DNA from: an uncultured Clostridia bacterium
Lineage (GTDB): Bacteria > Bacillota > Clostridia > UMGS1810
DNA length: 64,000 nucleotides
Assembly: GCA_934463165.1 (NCBI GenBank)
Contig: CAKSJG010000016.1
Location: 1-64,000, forward strand
Direction: 5' to 3'
A program made the position numbers and the translations under genes. The notes under the pieces were generated by a model, which was given only the letters and a program-made list of their open reading frames with translations, ran no database searches and had not been told where the DNA came from. This document shows, one piece after another, positions 36,696 through 46,273 of this stretch (positions are counted from its first letter, which is position 1; each line of letters opens with the position of its first letter).

Positions 36696-38830
36696 CAGAG
36701 ATTCCTCCCTGTTTCATGGTTTGTTCTTTGAATTATCTCATCCTGTATTCCGTCGCTCAAATTTATAAAATAATCTGAAAAACCCGACACGCGAACTCGC
36801 AGCGATTTGTAGTTTTCGGGTGTTTTTTTTGCATTTAACAAATCATCGCCGGAAACATATGTCAGTTGAAAATGTGTTCCGCCCATTTTGAAATATGTTT
36901 CAAACATATACACCAGTTTTTCAAATGTATCGTCATCTTCAATCAAATGCTTTTCCAGCATAATATTTGTTACGCTCGGCCCTGTAAGAATATTATACGG
37001 ATCACACTTTGCCACGGAATTTAAAAGCGCTGTAAGGCCTTTTCTGTCCTTGCCGAGAGACTGTCCTATGCCGAAGTTTATCAGATCGCCGTCAAACCTG
37101 CCGTCCGGTGTGGCTTTTGTTTTATCTCCGAAAAATTTGTTGTGAGCGTTATATCCGATGAGATTGCCGAACAGAAGCTTTTTGTTAAGATAATTGCAGC
37201 CGTTGTTCCATTTGTCAAGACTTTTGAAGAATCTGTGAGCAATAAAATTTGAACACGGGTCATCATTGCCGAAAAACATTCCCTTTTCGAGTATTAATTT
37301 TCTCAGGCTTTCATATCCGTTCCAATTGTTTTTAAGCGCGTCAATTAAATCTGCCATGGTTGTTATTTTTTCGTCATACACAAACTGCTTTGTGACCGAC
37401 AATGAATCAATTACATTCGATATTCCGATCAACAGACCCACAGCTATATATTTTTTTATTCCGCCCTGTGTTATGCTCTTTGCATTTTCAATGCATCCTT
37501 CAACAAGAATGTTACTCAATACGTTGCAGTCGCGGCTTCTTATTTTCTGAAATCCGCTTCCTATGCCGTCAGCCTCGTTTAGATCTTTGTACATTTCTTC
37601 CTCAAATATTTCGTAAAATTCTTCAAATGTTTTTGCCCGTATTATACTTTTGCTTCTTTCAAAAAATGTGTTCTGAACGCACCTTACAATGTTCATCGGG
37701 TCAAAGCCGAATACAATTCCTCCGGGCATGGCAATTTCATTGCAGCCTATCATGGTGTAGTTTACGGCCTCGTTATGCGTCAGCCCCGTATATTTCATAA
37801 GTCCGTTAATTCTCGGTTCATCATTTACAAAGGCAATACGTTTATTGGGGTCACGGCGTTCGCGGTCTGCCATATAGCGTAAAACTTCGTGCGGAGTTTT
37901 TTCGGTCCATCGCAATGTTATTTGAGGAATCCACACGGGAAGCTCCGTCAGAGAATCGACAATGAGTTTTGAAAGCTCATTGAAACCGTCATTCCCGTTT
38001 TCAAGATAACCTCCGACGCAGAAGTGAGATTCTCCTCCGCGACAAAAATTATTTGATGTTTTCGGCGTTCTTGCCTGCAGCATTAAAAACAGCTCCTGCA
38101 GGTATTGTGCTGCCGTATCTTCCGAAAGTATTCCGCTTTCCGTATCATTTTTATAAAACGGATATAAATATCTGTCGATCAGACCGATGCTGTCCGGAAG
38201 AATACTGAAGCAAATATATAAAGACAAAACCGCTTCGTAGAAGCTTTCGGCGCGTTTTTCCGGCACGGTTTTTAATGACATCGCCAATTTTTTCAGGCGC
38301 TGCTCCGTATCTTTATCGGAAGCCTTTTCAGAGAGTTTAAGCGCTTTTTCCGAACATTTGTTTGCCCAAAAAATTATTGTGTCGCAAACATCGTTTTGAG
38401 TTTCCAAAAATTCAATTGCCGCCTTATCTTCCGAATGTTTTTTCATTGATTTTTGTATTGCGCTTTTTATCCCTTTTATTCCGTTGTTTATTATTTTTCC
38501 GAAATCTCCGGCCGAGTGCTGCCACTCAAATGTAAGCAGATTATCAACGGGCTTGTTATAGAAATTTTCCAAAGCCGTCCCGAAATTTTTGTGACCGATT
38601 CTGCTGAAAACATCGCCCTCAACGCTTCCGTCAAAGTTTATGACACCCGTAAAACATGATTCATCGGTGATCAGAGGCTCCTGATTTTTTATGTATTCGC
38701 ACAGCCGTTTACAAGACATCTTTAACGGAGATAAAAACAGATCACATTTATCATAATTTGTTTTAATCGGCTTAACATACATTTCGCCCGATAATGTCTT
38801 TTGGGTTAATTTTTTTATTCTTTCATTCAT
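36695..38830 (-). CDS. Glycyl radical enzyme of the PFL-like superfamily, eliminase/dehydratase type; substrate unknown.
   Basis: GGAGGA RBS 8 nt before ATG 38830. C-terminal glycyl-radical motif RVRVSGFSDYF. Thiyl Cys loop MIGCNEIAMPG (Cys-x-Glu). Only 711 aa. Confidence 0.8.
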   Translation of the reverse strand: MNERIKKLTQKTLSGEMYVKPIKTNYDKCDLFLSPLKMSCKRLCEYIKNQEPLITDESCFTGVINFDGSVEGDVFSRIGHKNFGTALENFYNKPVDNLLTFEWQHSAGDFGKIINNGIKGIKSAIQKSMKKHSEDKAAIEFLETQNDVCDTIIFWANKCSEKALKLSEKASDKDTEQRLKKLAMSLKTVPEKRAESFYEAVLSLYICFSILPDSIGLIDRYLYPFYKNDTESGILSEDTAAQYLQELFLMLQARTPKTSNNFCRGGESHFCVGGYLENGNDGFNELSKLIVDSLTELPVWIPQITLRWTEKTPHEVLRYMADRERRDPNKRIAFVNDEPRINGLMKYTGLTHNEAVNYTMIGCNEIAMPGGIVFGFDPMNIVRCVQNTFFERSKSIIRAKTFEEFYEIFEEEMYKDLNEADGIGSGFQKIRSRDCNVLSNILVEGCIENAKSITQGGIKKYIAVGLLIGISNVIDSLSVTKQFVYDEKITTMADLIDALKNNWNGYESLRKLILEKGMFFGNDDPCSNFIAHRFFKSLDKWNNGCNYLNKKLLFGNLIGYNAHNKFFGDKTKATPDGRFDGDLINFGIGQSLGKDRKGLTALLNSVAKCDPYNILTGPSVTNIMLEKHLIEDDDTFEKLVYMFETYFKMGGTHFQLTYVSGDDLLNAKKTPENYKSLRVRVSGFSDYFINLSDGIQDEIIQRTNHETGRNL

Positions 38831-38978
38831 AAAAGATTCCTCCGATCTGAAATTGTACGGCATATATACCATGAGCTAATTATACACCTGTTCAAAACAA
38901 TGTAAATGATTATAACAGACATATTTGTCTGAAACGGACAAAACATCTTGAAAAAATAATTATATAATGTTATAATGA

Positions 38979-39170
38979 AATAAAAATGCTTTGTTTGTAA
39001 GCGGATACGTCGGTTACATAGCAAAAATTCTTCTTATAAACACGGCCGGCAAAATTTCTGATATTGCTGTTCGGTGCGGATTTTCGGATGTGTATTCTTT
39101 CAGCCACTGTTTTAAGAGAATATACGGAATTTCGCCGGGAGAATACAGAGAAAGCAACAGTTATGTTTAA
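38979..39170 (+). pseudogene. AraC-family regulator remnant: C-terminal HTH fragment only, about 63 codons with no start codon.
   Basis: Translates to ...LLINTAGKISDIAVRCGFSDVYSFSHCFKRIYGISPGEYRESNSYV*. An in-frame stop lies immediately upstream. Confidence 0.55.
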
Positions 39171-39339
39171 TGCGGCATAATTCTTTCCGAATGTTTCGGC
39201 GGCGAAATGTAAATCAACAAATATATAATGTATAAAAGTCATGCATCGTTATGCGGTGTGTGACTTTTGTACTTATACGAAAATCATAACGCGTGAATAT
39301 CTGTCCGGCGGGCATGAGCCGGTATGCTTGCAATGCCGA

Positions 39340-39414
39340 TTGACAAGCGTTTCCGATTTTGTACAATAAATGCAGAATTTGTCTCTTGAGGGAGTCTGCC
39401 GCGTCTGATATAAT
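39340..39414 (+). promoter_or_regulatory. Tandem sigma-A-like promoters for the sugar ABC transporter operon.
   Basis: P1: TTGACA (39340-39345), 16-nt spacer, TGTACAAT. P2: TTGAGG (39386-39391), 17-nt spacer, TATAAT (39409-39414). RBS AGGAGGA at 39434. Confidence 0.4.
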
Positions 39415-39439
39415 ATTTATATAAAATCACAACAGGAGG

Positions 39440-40345
39440 ATGGTTCGATTGAACAACAGAGAATTTTCAAAAATTCCGGTATCGAGAAAAATATTTTTGA
39501 CATTCGATTACGTTTTTTTAAGTGTGCTTGCGCTCATAATGCTTTATCCCATATGGTATGTTATATGCGCGGCATTCAGCTCCAACAATGCATTCATGGC
39601 AAATGACAAGATACTCATTTTCCCGCTTGAATTTACGACGGACGCTTTTAAGATGATGTTTAAAAATCCGATGATTGCCCGCGGCTTTTTAAACGGAGTT
39701 TTTCTTGTGGCGGTAACAACCTTCGGAGCAGTCATTATGACGGCGATGTGCGCATATGTGCTTTCAAGAAAAGGCGTTTTGTGGAATAAGGCATTCAGTA
39801 AGTTTGTTATATTTACGATGTATTTTAACGGCGGCCTTATCCCTACATACCTTGTTATAGTAAATTTTCTTCATCTTAATGACAGCTGGCTTGCACTCAT
39901 ACTCCCGGCTCTTATGTCGGTATATAATATGATAATAATGAGAACGTCGTTCTCCGCAATACCGCAGTCTCTTGAAGAAGCCGCAAGAATAGACGGTGCA
40001 AGTCATTGGGTGATACTTTTCAAAATAGTCCTCCCGCTTTCAAAGGCTATCATAGCCGTTATGTGCCTGTATTACGCGGTCGGCAATTGGAACTCATGGT
40101 TTCCGGCTTCGATATATCTTAAAACAAGAAGCAAATATCCGATACAGCTCATTCTGCGTGAAATTCTTATTGCAAACGACACATCATCCATGACGGGCGA
40201 TGTCGCAATGGCAGATCAGGTAAACGTGGGCGAGATTATAAAATATGCGGTAATAGTAACCGTAACGCTTCCGATACTTGCGGTATATCCGTTCCTGCAA
40301 AAGTATTTTGTCGGCGGTGTTATGATAGGCGCGGTTAAAGGCTGA
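39440..40345 (+). CDS. Carbohydrate ABC transporter permease (CUT1, LplC/MalG-like).
   Basis: EAA loop 'EEAARIDGASHWVILFKIVLP'. Six TM helices. TTG 39449 is the possible true start. Confidence 0.8.
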   Translation: MVRLNNREFSKIPVSRKIFLTFDYVFLSVLALIMLYPIWYVICAAFSSNNAFMANDKILIFPLEFTTDAFKMMFKNPMIARGFLNGVFLVAVTTFGAVIMTAMCAYVLSRKGVLWNKAFSKFVIFTMYFNGGLIPTYLVIVNFLHLNDSWLALILPALMSVYNMIIMRTSFSAIPQSLEEAARIDGASHWVILFKIVLPLSKAIIAVMCLYYAVGNWNSWFPASIYLKTRSKYPIQLILREILIANDTSSMTGDVAMADQVNVGEIIKYAVIVTVTLPILAVYPFLQKYFVGGVMIGAVKG

Positions 40346-40368
40346 TGGGAGGCAGGTGATAATACATA

Positions 40369-41295
40369 ATGACAAATAAAGAAAAATTAAGCGTATCAAG
40401 AATCAAAGGCGATTTCAAGATGAACCGTTCAATATACGGTATGATGCTTGTGGTTGCCGTGTGGCTTTTCATTTTTTCGTATCTGCCGATGTACGGTATC
40501 ATAATTTCGTTTATGGATTACCGCCCGGCACTCGGAATTATGGGCAGCAAATGGGTCGGTCTCAAACACTTTGAGACATTTCTGACTTCACCGTCGTTTT
40601 TCAGAATACTCAAAAACACGGTGAAAATAAATCTTTATGCCCTTGTATTTAATTTTCCGGCTCCGATAATACTTGCAATCCTTTTAAATGAGCTTAAAAG
40701 CCGCAAGTTTGTCCGAGTTGTGCAAAACTTTACATATCTGCCGCATTTTATATCCCTCGTTGTCGTATGCGCAATGATAAAGGAATTCACTATGGACAGA
40801 GGCGTTATAGGGCTTGTGACAAAGTTTTTCGGAGGAGAGGCAAAAACACTTTTAAACTATAAAGAGTATTTCATCCCCGTGTATGTAATTTCGGGTATAT
40901 GGGAGCAGGTCGGCTGGGGAAGCGTAATTTACTTTGCGGCTCTCACGGGTATTGACGCTCAGCTCTATGAAGCGGCCGAGATAGACGGCGCCGGATATTG
41001 GAAAAAGCTCGTCCACGTAACTCTGCCGGGAATAAAATCCACAATAATAATAATGCTTATCTTAAGACTCGGTTCAATCCTTAACGTATCGTTTGAAAAA
41101 ATACTTCTTTTATATAACGACGCAACGATGGAGGTCGCGGATGTTATATCAACATACGTTTACAGGCGCGGCCTTGTAAAGATGGATATGAGTTATTCAA
41201 GCGCCATAGGACTTTTCAGCTCGGTTATTAACATTTTGTTCCTGACGGGTGCAAACTTTATAAACAAAAAAGCAAATGAAGAATCACTTTGGTAA
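40369..41295 (+). CDS. Carbohydrate ABC transporter permease (LplB/MalF-like).
   Basis: Basic N-terminal cytoplasmic extension. EAA-like 'YEAAEIDGAGYWKKLVHVTLP'. Confidence 0.8.
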   Translation: MTNKEKLSVSRIKGDFKMNRSIYGMMLVVAVWLFIFSYLPMYGIIISFMDYRPALGIMGSKWVGLKHFETFLTSPSFFRILKNTVKINLYALVFNFPAPIILAILLNELKSRKFVRVVQNFTYLPHFISLVVVCAMIKEFTMDRGVIGLVTKFFGGEAKTLLNYKEYFIPVYVISGIWEQVGWGSVIYFAALTGIDAQLYEAAEIDGAGYWKKLVHVTLPGIKSTIIIMLILRLGSILNVSFEKILLLYNDATMEVADVISTYVYRRGLVKMDMSYSSAIGLFSSVINILFLTGANFINKKANEESLW

Positions 41296-41338
41296 AATAA
41301 ATAATATAAAAGGTATATAAAAAGGAGAGATTTTAAAA

Positions 41339-42874
41339 ATGAAAATGAAAAAATTGCTTTGTATTGCGGCGGCTCTTTCGATAGGTCTTTCGGGCTGCGG
41401 CACAAAAACGGAGGAAACATCAAGCCTTGATTTCAAAAGCTACCCGGTAAATGACGATACCGTCCTTACATACTGGATGCCGCTGAACACAAATATATCG
41501 AGTCTTTACGATAACTTCGGCGATACGCTTTTTGCAAAAGAGCTTGAAAAAGAAACAGGAATAAAGGTAAAATACATTCACCCTGCGGCAGGTCAGGAAA
41601 ACGAAGCCCTTTCGCTTCTTATAGCGTCCGGCGAGCTTCCCGATATTATCGAGTATCCGTGGTACGGATACAGCGGCGGCGGTCACAGGGCGGTTAAAGA
41701 CGGGGTTATAGAGTCGATAGACGGCGTTATAAAGGAAAATTCTCCGAACTATATGAAATACCTTGATGAACATAAGGATGTTGTCAAAGAAATTTCATCC
41801 GATGACGGCAGCATTTTCGGCTATGAGCTCATAAGAGGCAGTCTTTCTCTCGGAATAAACGGAACCGCAATTGTCAGAAGCGACTGGATGAAGGAGCTCG
41901 GCTTGGAACAGCCCAAAACAACCGATGATATAGAAAATATCCTCACGCAGTTTAAAGAAAAAAAGGGATGTAGTGCTCCGCTTACAGGCGGACTTGGATC
42001 AGCCGTTGTATTGGTGGGTGGAAATCTTGAAATGAGAATGTATGACGGAAAGGTTGATTACGGTCCGCTCAGAGATAATTTCAAAACCGCTCTCCAGACT
42101 CTTAACAGATGGTATAAAAAAGGTCTTTTGGATAATAATTTTATTTCATCCGACAGCAAGACCGTCGATTCAAACATGTTAAACGGTTATTCCGGTGTTG
42201 CATACGGCGGCATCGGCGGTCTCCTCGGAAAATGGCTTGATGCTAAAATCGGTGATGCCGATTACGGCTGGCTCAACATCCCCGGCGATGAATACGCACC
42301 GAACGTTAACCTGACGCTTTCAAACGCCGCCGCAATTACGACATCGTGCAAAAACAAAGCGCTTGCCGCACGTCTGCTTGATTACGGCTACAGCGAAAAG
42401 GGCAGCATGCTCTATAACTTCGGCACAGAGGGCAAAAGCTATACCATGAAAGACGGCGAGCCGATTTATACCGATGAAATCCTTAAAAACCCCGACGGCC
42501 TCACGGTTTCGCAGAGCATGGCAATAAACTTCCGCGCAAGCACAACGGGTCCGTTTGTTCAGCAGGAGGGTTACTTAAAACAGTTTTACGGCAAACCTCA
42601 GCAGCAGGAAGCATGGAAAAACGAATCCGCAAAGGCGGAGGAATACAGAAAGAGATTTGTTCCGAATATAACATACACCGATGAAGAAAATGATGAACAG
42701 GCCGATATCATGACAGAGGTTTCAGCGTATGTTAAAGAATATGCAACAAAGTTTATAACAGGCAGCGAAAGCTTTGATAACTGGGATAAATTTATTGCAG
42801 GTATGAAAGAGTATAAAATAGACAGAGCGATTGAAATTAATCAGGCAGCTGTTGACAGATACAACAAGAAATAA
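41339..42874 (+). CDS. Extracellular solute-binding lipoprotein (LplA-like, about 500 aa; oligo-/polysaccharide-binding).
   Basis: AAAGGAGAG RBS. Lipobox LSGCGT. Size and position typical of LplA-type SBPs. No ATPase gene in the operon. Confidence 0.8.
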   Translation: MKMKKLLCIAAALSIGLSGCGTKTEETSSLDFKSYPVNDDTVLTYWMPLNTNISSLYDNFGDTLFAKELEKETGIKVKYIHPAAGQENEALSLLIASGELPDIIEYPWYGYSGGGHRAVKDGVIESIDGVIKENSPNYMKYLDEHKDVVKEISSDDGSIFGYELIRGSLSLGINGTAIVRSDWMKELGLEQPKTTDDIENILTQFKEKKGCSAPLTGGLGSAVVLVGGNLEMRMYDGKVDYGPLRDNFKTALQTLNRWYKKGLLDNNFISSDSKTVDSNMLNGYSGVAYGGIGGLLGKWLDAKIGDADYGWLNIPGDEYAPNVNLTLSNAAAITTSCKNKALAARLLDYGYSEKGSMLYNFGTEGKSYTMKDGEPIYTDEILKNPDGLTVSQSMAINFRASTTGPFVQQEGYLKQFYGKPQQQEAWKNESAKAEEYRKRFVPNITYTDEENDEQADIMTEVSAYVKEYATKFITGSESFDNWDKFIAGMKEYKIDRAIEINQAAVDRYNKK

Positions 42875-42937
42875 TAAGCTTTTCGGCAAACGGATTTAAC
42901 CTCCGTTTGCCGAAACTATCAAAACAAGGAGGACATA

Positions 42938-45900
42938 ATGAGAAGAATTTCAGCTAAAGTATTTTCGATTTTTATGTCGGCATTATTGGCATTTAACATT
43001 GCGCCGTCGGTCAGCTTTGCCGAATCGGGCTCTTCACTTCCGTTTAAGCCCGATTTTTCTTCCGAAATCGGAAAAGCGCCCTCGGAAATGGATTATATAG
43101 TTGAAGACGGAAGCATAACCGTTGAAAGCTACTACGGCAGAAATGTCATTTACGTGAAAAACAATTCCGACGGCAAGCCTGCACAGCTTTCAAAGCAGTT
43201 TGACCCCGTCTCCGATACGGGCATAGCCGTTCAATTTTCATATATGCAGCGCTATGCAAAGCAGGATGACGCAACCGTTTTTGCACTCACAAGCGGAAGC
43301 AAAGAAATAATAAATCTTAAAACAAAAAACGGTGACATAGTAAGCGTCGGTAAAGACGGCACAACCGGTGTTATCGTAGAAAAATATTCCGCAAATAAGT
43401 GGTATGATTTTTCTTTTGACATAGACCTTAAGGAAAAAACGTTCGCAGTCAGCGTAAATTCGGGCAAAACATTTAAAAATCTTTCGTTTTATACCGATTC
43501 CGCATCTGCCGACGGAATAAAATTCATGACTCGGTATTCACCCGGATTTGCAATTGCCGATATTGCTGTTGCAACCGATGAAAAATCAGACGTTATGGAA
43601 ATATCCGGCTCCGATACCATGAACGTGCGCAAAAGCAGCGATTCGGTATATGAATATGAAGCGGTTTTGTATGATAACTTCGGCAATAAGGTGAAAAATG
43701 CCGAATATTCATGGTCTACGTATCCCCAAACGATAAACGGTATCGGCAAAAGCACCGACGGCGGTAAAATTACTTTCACTGTCGGCAGCACATCAGATTA
43801 CCGCGGTGTTGTGACTTTGTCGGTCACGGCAAACGGAATTACGGCCGTGAAATATATAACCGTCGTTAATCAGCAGATTGCCGAAATGAGTTTTGAGGGG
43901 GCATATAAAATTGCTTACGGAGTGGAAGACGGCAACAGCTTTGCGCTGGATATTAATATGTACAGCAAAGACAGCGAGCTGCTCGATGATGAAGACGTTG
44001 AATGGAAAATCACATGCAATACGGACGGAGTTACGTTTACAAAAGAACCGTCAAGGCTTATTATCACCGTTTCAAAAGAGCTTCCGAATATGGATGTGAT
44101 AAATATAAAGGCTGTGCTTAAAAGCAACAAGAGCATAATAGCCGAGAGAAATATATATACATATCCGAGCAATCTGTATAACATCGATAAGTCAAGATTT
44201 GATACCATGCTTGAGTCGGTTGATTATCTGACAAACACACTTGCGAAGAATCCGTGTAATGACGCACCGCTTTTTTCATCGTATATCAACCTGAAAGCAG
44301 GAAGACCGTATCTTGTTCCGTCATGGTTTGACGGTTATAAATATGTTACGAATCTTGCCAACGATTCCGTAATGTATAAGGTTTTTGACGCGCTTACAGC
44401 CGTTACCGGAGATGAAAAATACACTGAAATGACCGATGCCACATATAATTGGTATCTTAAAAACGAAATAGACGAAAAAAGTCACCTCGGCTTCTGGGGC
44501 GGACACTGTATGGTGTATCTTGACACTTTGAAAGAGCAAAAAGCGCGCCGCGGTCCGAATGATCCGAATGCCACATATCAATATCATGAGCTTAAGGACC
44601 ACGCATTCTATTGGAATCCGTTTTTCAGACTTAATCAAAAAAAAGCAACCGAAATGGTGCGCGGAGTATGGAACGCGCATGTTATGGACTGGAGTAACCT
44701 GATGTTTAACAGACACGGCGTTTACGGGCAGACTCATTCCGATAACGGCAACTGGGCGAAAGCGTATGAATTTAATCCTCCCACGGAATTTGTCAGACTG
44801 ACCGAAGGCGTTGGCTTCAGGTCGAGTGCAAACGATTTTGCGAGCGCCGCAGCGGAATTATATGCAGAAACGGGCGATGAAAATGCAAAAAGATGGGCAT
44901 ACAATATTCTTGCGTCGTTTTACTCTTTGAGAAACCCCGAAACCCACATAGCCGTAACGCAGTTTACAACGGCTCATAGGGCTAAGGGCGCTCAGGATCC
45001 CGATGTTATCTACCCCGGATGGTGGAAAGAAGAAAGAAATGACGGCCCTGCAACACTTACAACCATGGGAGACAGATTTTTTAATCAGTTTGCGGATGAT
45101 TTGGTAGCTCAGGGCTTTTATACCGAAGAGGATAAAAAGACCGATAAAATGACAGAGGGAAACATGGCAAGTTTTCAGGCAAATTCGATTTTAAAGGATT
45201 TTTATGTTGCGGAAAGGCTCGGCGATGATACCGAAGAGGGAAAAATGCTGAAAAAATATGCAACACAGCATACAGCGGGATATCTCAGATATTTCTGGAT
45301 TGAAAACACAAACACATTTAAGTATGGTATGATAGACGGTACAGATCTTTATGACTTTTATCCGAACCGTAACGGATATTACGGAACCGGATATTACGGA
45401 GCTCACCGCCGTTATTCCAACGGTCACCTTAAAAATACGGATGTTAACAGATTTTATCTGGCATGCAAATGCTACAGATACGCCGTTACCGATCCCGAGC
45501 TTGCGGATGATGCAAAAATCCTGAAAAAATTTATTGATTATTATGCAAACAGCGTATACCGTATAGGAAGCATCGGCAATGAAACAATAGGCGATGATGG
45601 CACAAAGCTTGAAAAATCGGCAACATACAGTCATCCGCTGCTTATACTTTGCCTGATTGATCTTTACAAGGCAAGCGGAAATAAGGAATTTCTTTCCCTT
45701 GCAAGAAACATTGCGACAAATTTCTATAATGAATACTATATAAACGGCGTATATTTTTCTCCGAGTCTGTATATAGCAAATAAACCCACGGTAGAGCCCG
45801 GAGGAAACTATATTTATCTGTTCGGCGGGACAAACGCCCTCGGTTATCATGCGCTTATTGCGCTTGAAGCTACCCTTTGCGGAATTGAAGATAAAATACC

Positions 45901-46270
45901 GCAGTATGAAATTTTTGAAGGATATTATGAGGAATATTTCCGTGATGAATACGATAATGCTACAACCATGACCGACAGAGACTGGATCAGTTCACGTTAT
46001 TTACCCGATGTTAATATTGAAAAGGTATACTGTGAAGACGAAATTCACTTAAAGGTCGGCGAAGAACGCACGCTTGAATTCGGCTATTATCCCGAAGATT
46101 ATACGGAAGATGAGAATATTGCATGTGTCAATAAATATAAAAACACCGTTCACTATAACGAAAAGAACTCATCCGTTATCGGAAAATCCAAAGGCGAGGC
46201 GGAGCTGATATTTTATGCCGGCTCAAACAGGGTCGAACACAGAGTCAGGGTTATTGTTGAGGAGGAATAG
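42938..46270 (+). CDS. Large secreted protein: Ig-like (Big_2-type) domains flanking a central alpha-helical catalytic-like domain (putative polysaccharide lyase or hydrolase).
   Basis: AAGGAGG RBS. Signal peptide. C-terminal Big_2-like 'VYCEDEIHLKVGEERTLEF...'. Roughly 600-aa W/Y-rich central region. Confidence 0.55.
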   Translation: MRRISAKVFSIFMSALLAFNIAPSVSFAESGSSLPFKPDFSSEIGKAPSEMDYIVEDGSITVESYYGRNVIYVKNNSDGKPAQLSKQFDPVSDTGIAVQFSYMQRYAKQDDATVFALTSGSKEIINLKTKNGDIVSVGKDGTTGVIVEKYSANKWYDFSFDIDLKEKTFAVSVNSGKTFKNLSFYTDSASADGIKFMTRYSPGFAIADIAVATDEKSDVMEISGSDTMNVRKSSDSVYEYEAVLYDNFGNKVKNAEYSWSTYPQTINGIGKSTDGGKITFTVGSTSDYRGVVTLSVTANGITAVKYITVVNQQIAEMSFEGAYKIAYGVEDGNSFALDINMYSKDSELLDDEDVEWKITCNTDGVTFTKEPSRLIITVSKELPNMDVINIKAVLKSNKSIIAERNIYTYPSNLYNIDKSRFDTMLESVDYLTNTLAKNPCNDAPLFSSYINLKAGRPYLVPSWFDGYKYVTNLANDSVMYKVFDALTAVTGDEKYTEMTDATYNWYLKNEIDEKSHLGFWGGHCMVYLDTLKEQKARRGPNDPNATYQYHELKDHAFYWNPFFRLNQKKATEMVRGVWNAHVMDWSNLMFNRHGVYGQTHSDNGNWAKAYEFNPPTEFVRLTEGVGFRSSANDFASAAAELYAETGDENAKRWAYNILASFYSLRNPETHIAVTQFTTAHRAKGAQDPDVIYPGWWKEERNDGPATLTTMGDRFFNQFADDLVAQGFYTEEDKKTDKMTEGNMASFQANSILKDFYVAERLGDDTEEGKMLKKYATQHTAGYLRYFWIENTNTFKYGMIDGTDLYDFYPNRNGYYGTGYYGAHRRYSNGHLKNTDVNRFYLACKCYRYAVTDPELADDAKILKKFIDYYANSVYRIGSIGNETIGDDGTKLEKSATYSHPLLILCLIDLYKASGNKEFLSLARNIATNFYNEYYINGVYFSPSLYIANKPTVEPGGNYIYLFGGTNALGYHALIALEATLCGIEDKIPQYEIFEGYYEEYFRDEYDNATTMTDRDWISSRYLPDVNIEKVYCEDEIHLKVGEERTLEFGYYPEDYTEDENIACVNKYKNTVHYNEKNSSVIGKSKGEAELIFYAGSNRVEHRVRVIVEEE

Positions 46271-46273
46271 ATT

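Noticed and set aside
42884-42912. Hairpin CGGCAAACGGA/TCCGTTTGCCG after the solute-binding protein gene as a terminator
   Set aside because: It lacks a downstream T-run, and the next gene follows with its own RBS. More likely an intra-operon mRNA-stabilising or attenuating stem-loop than a full terminator.
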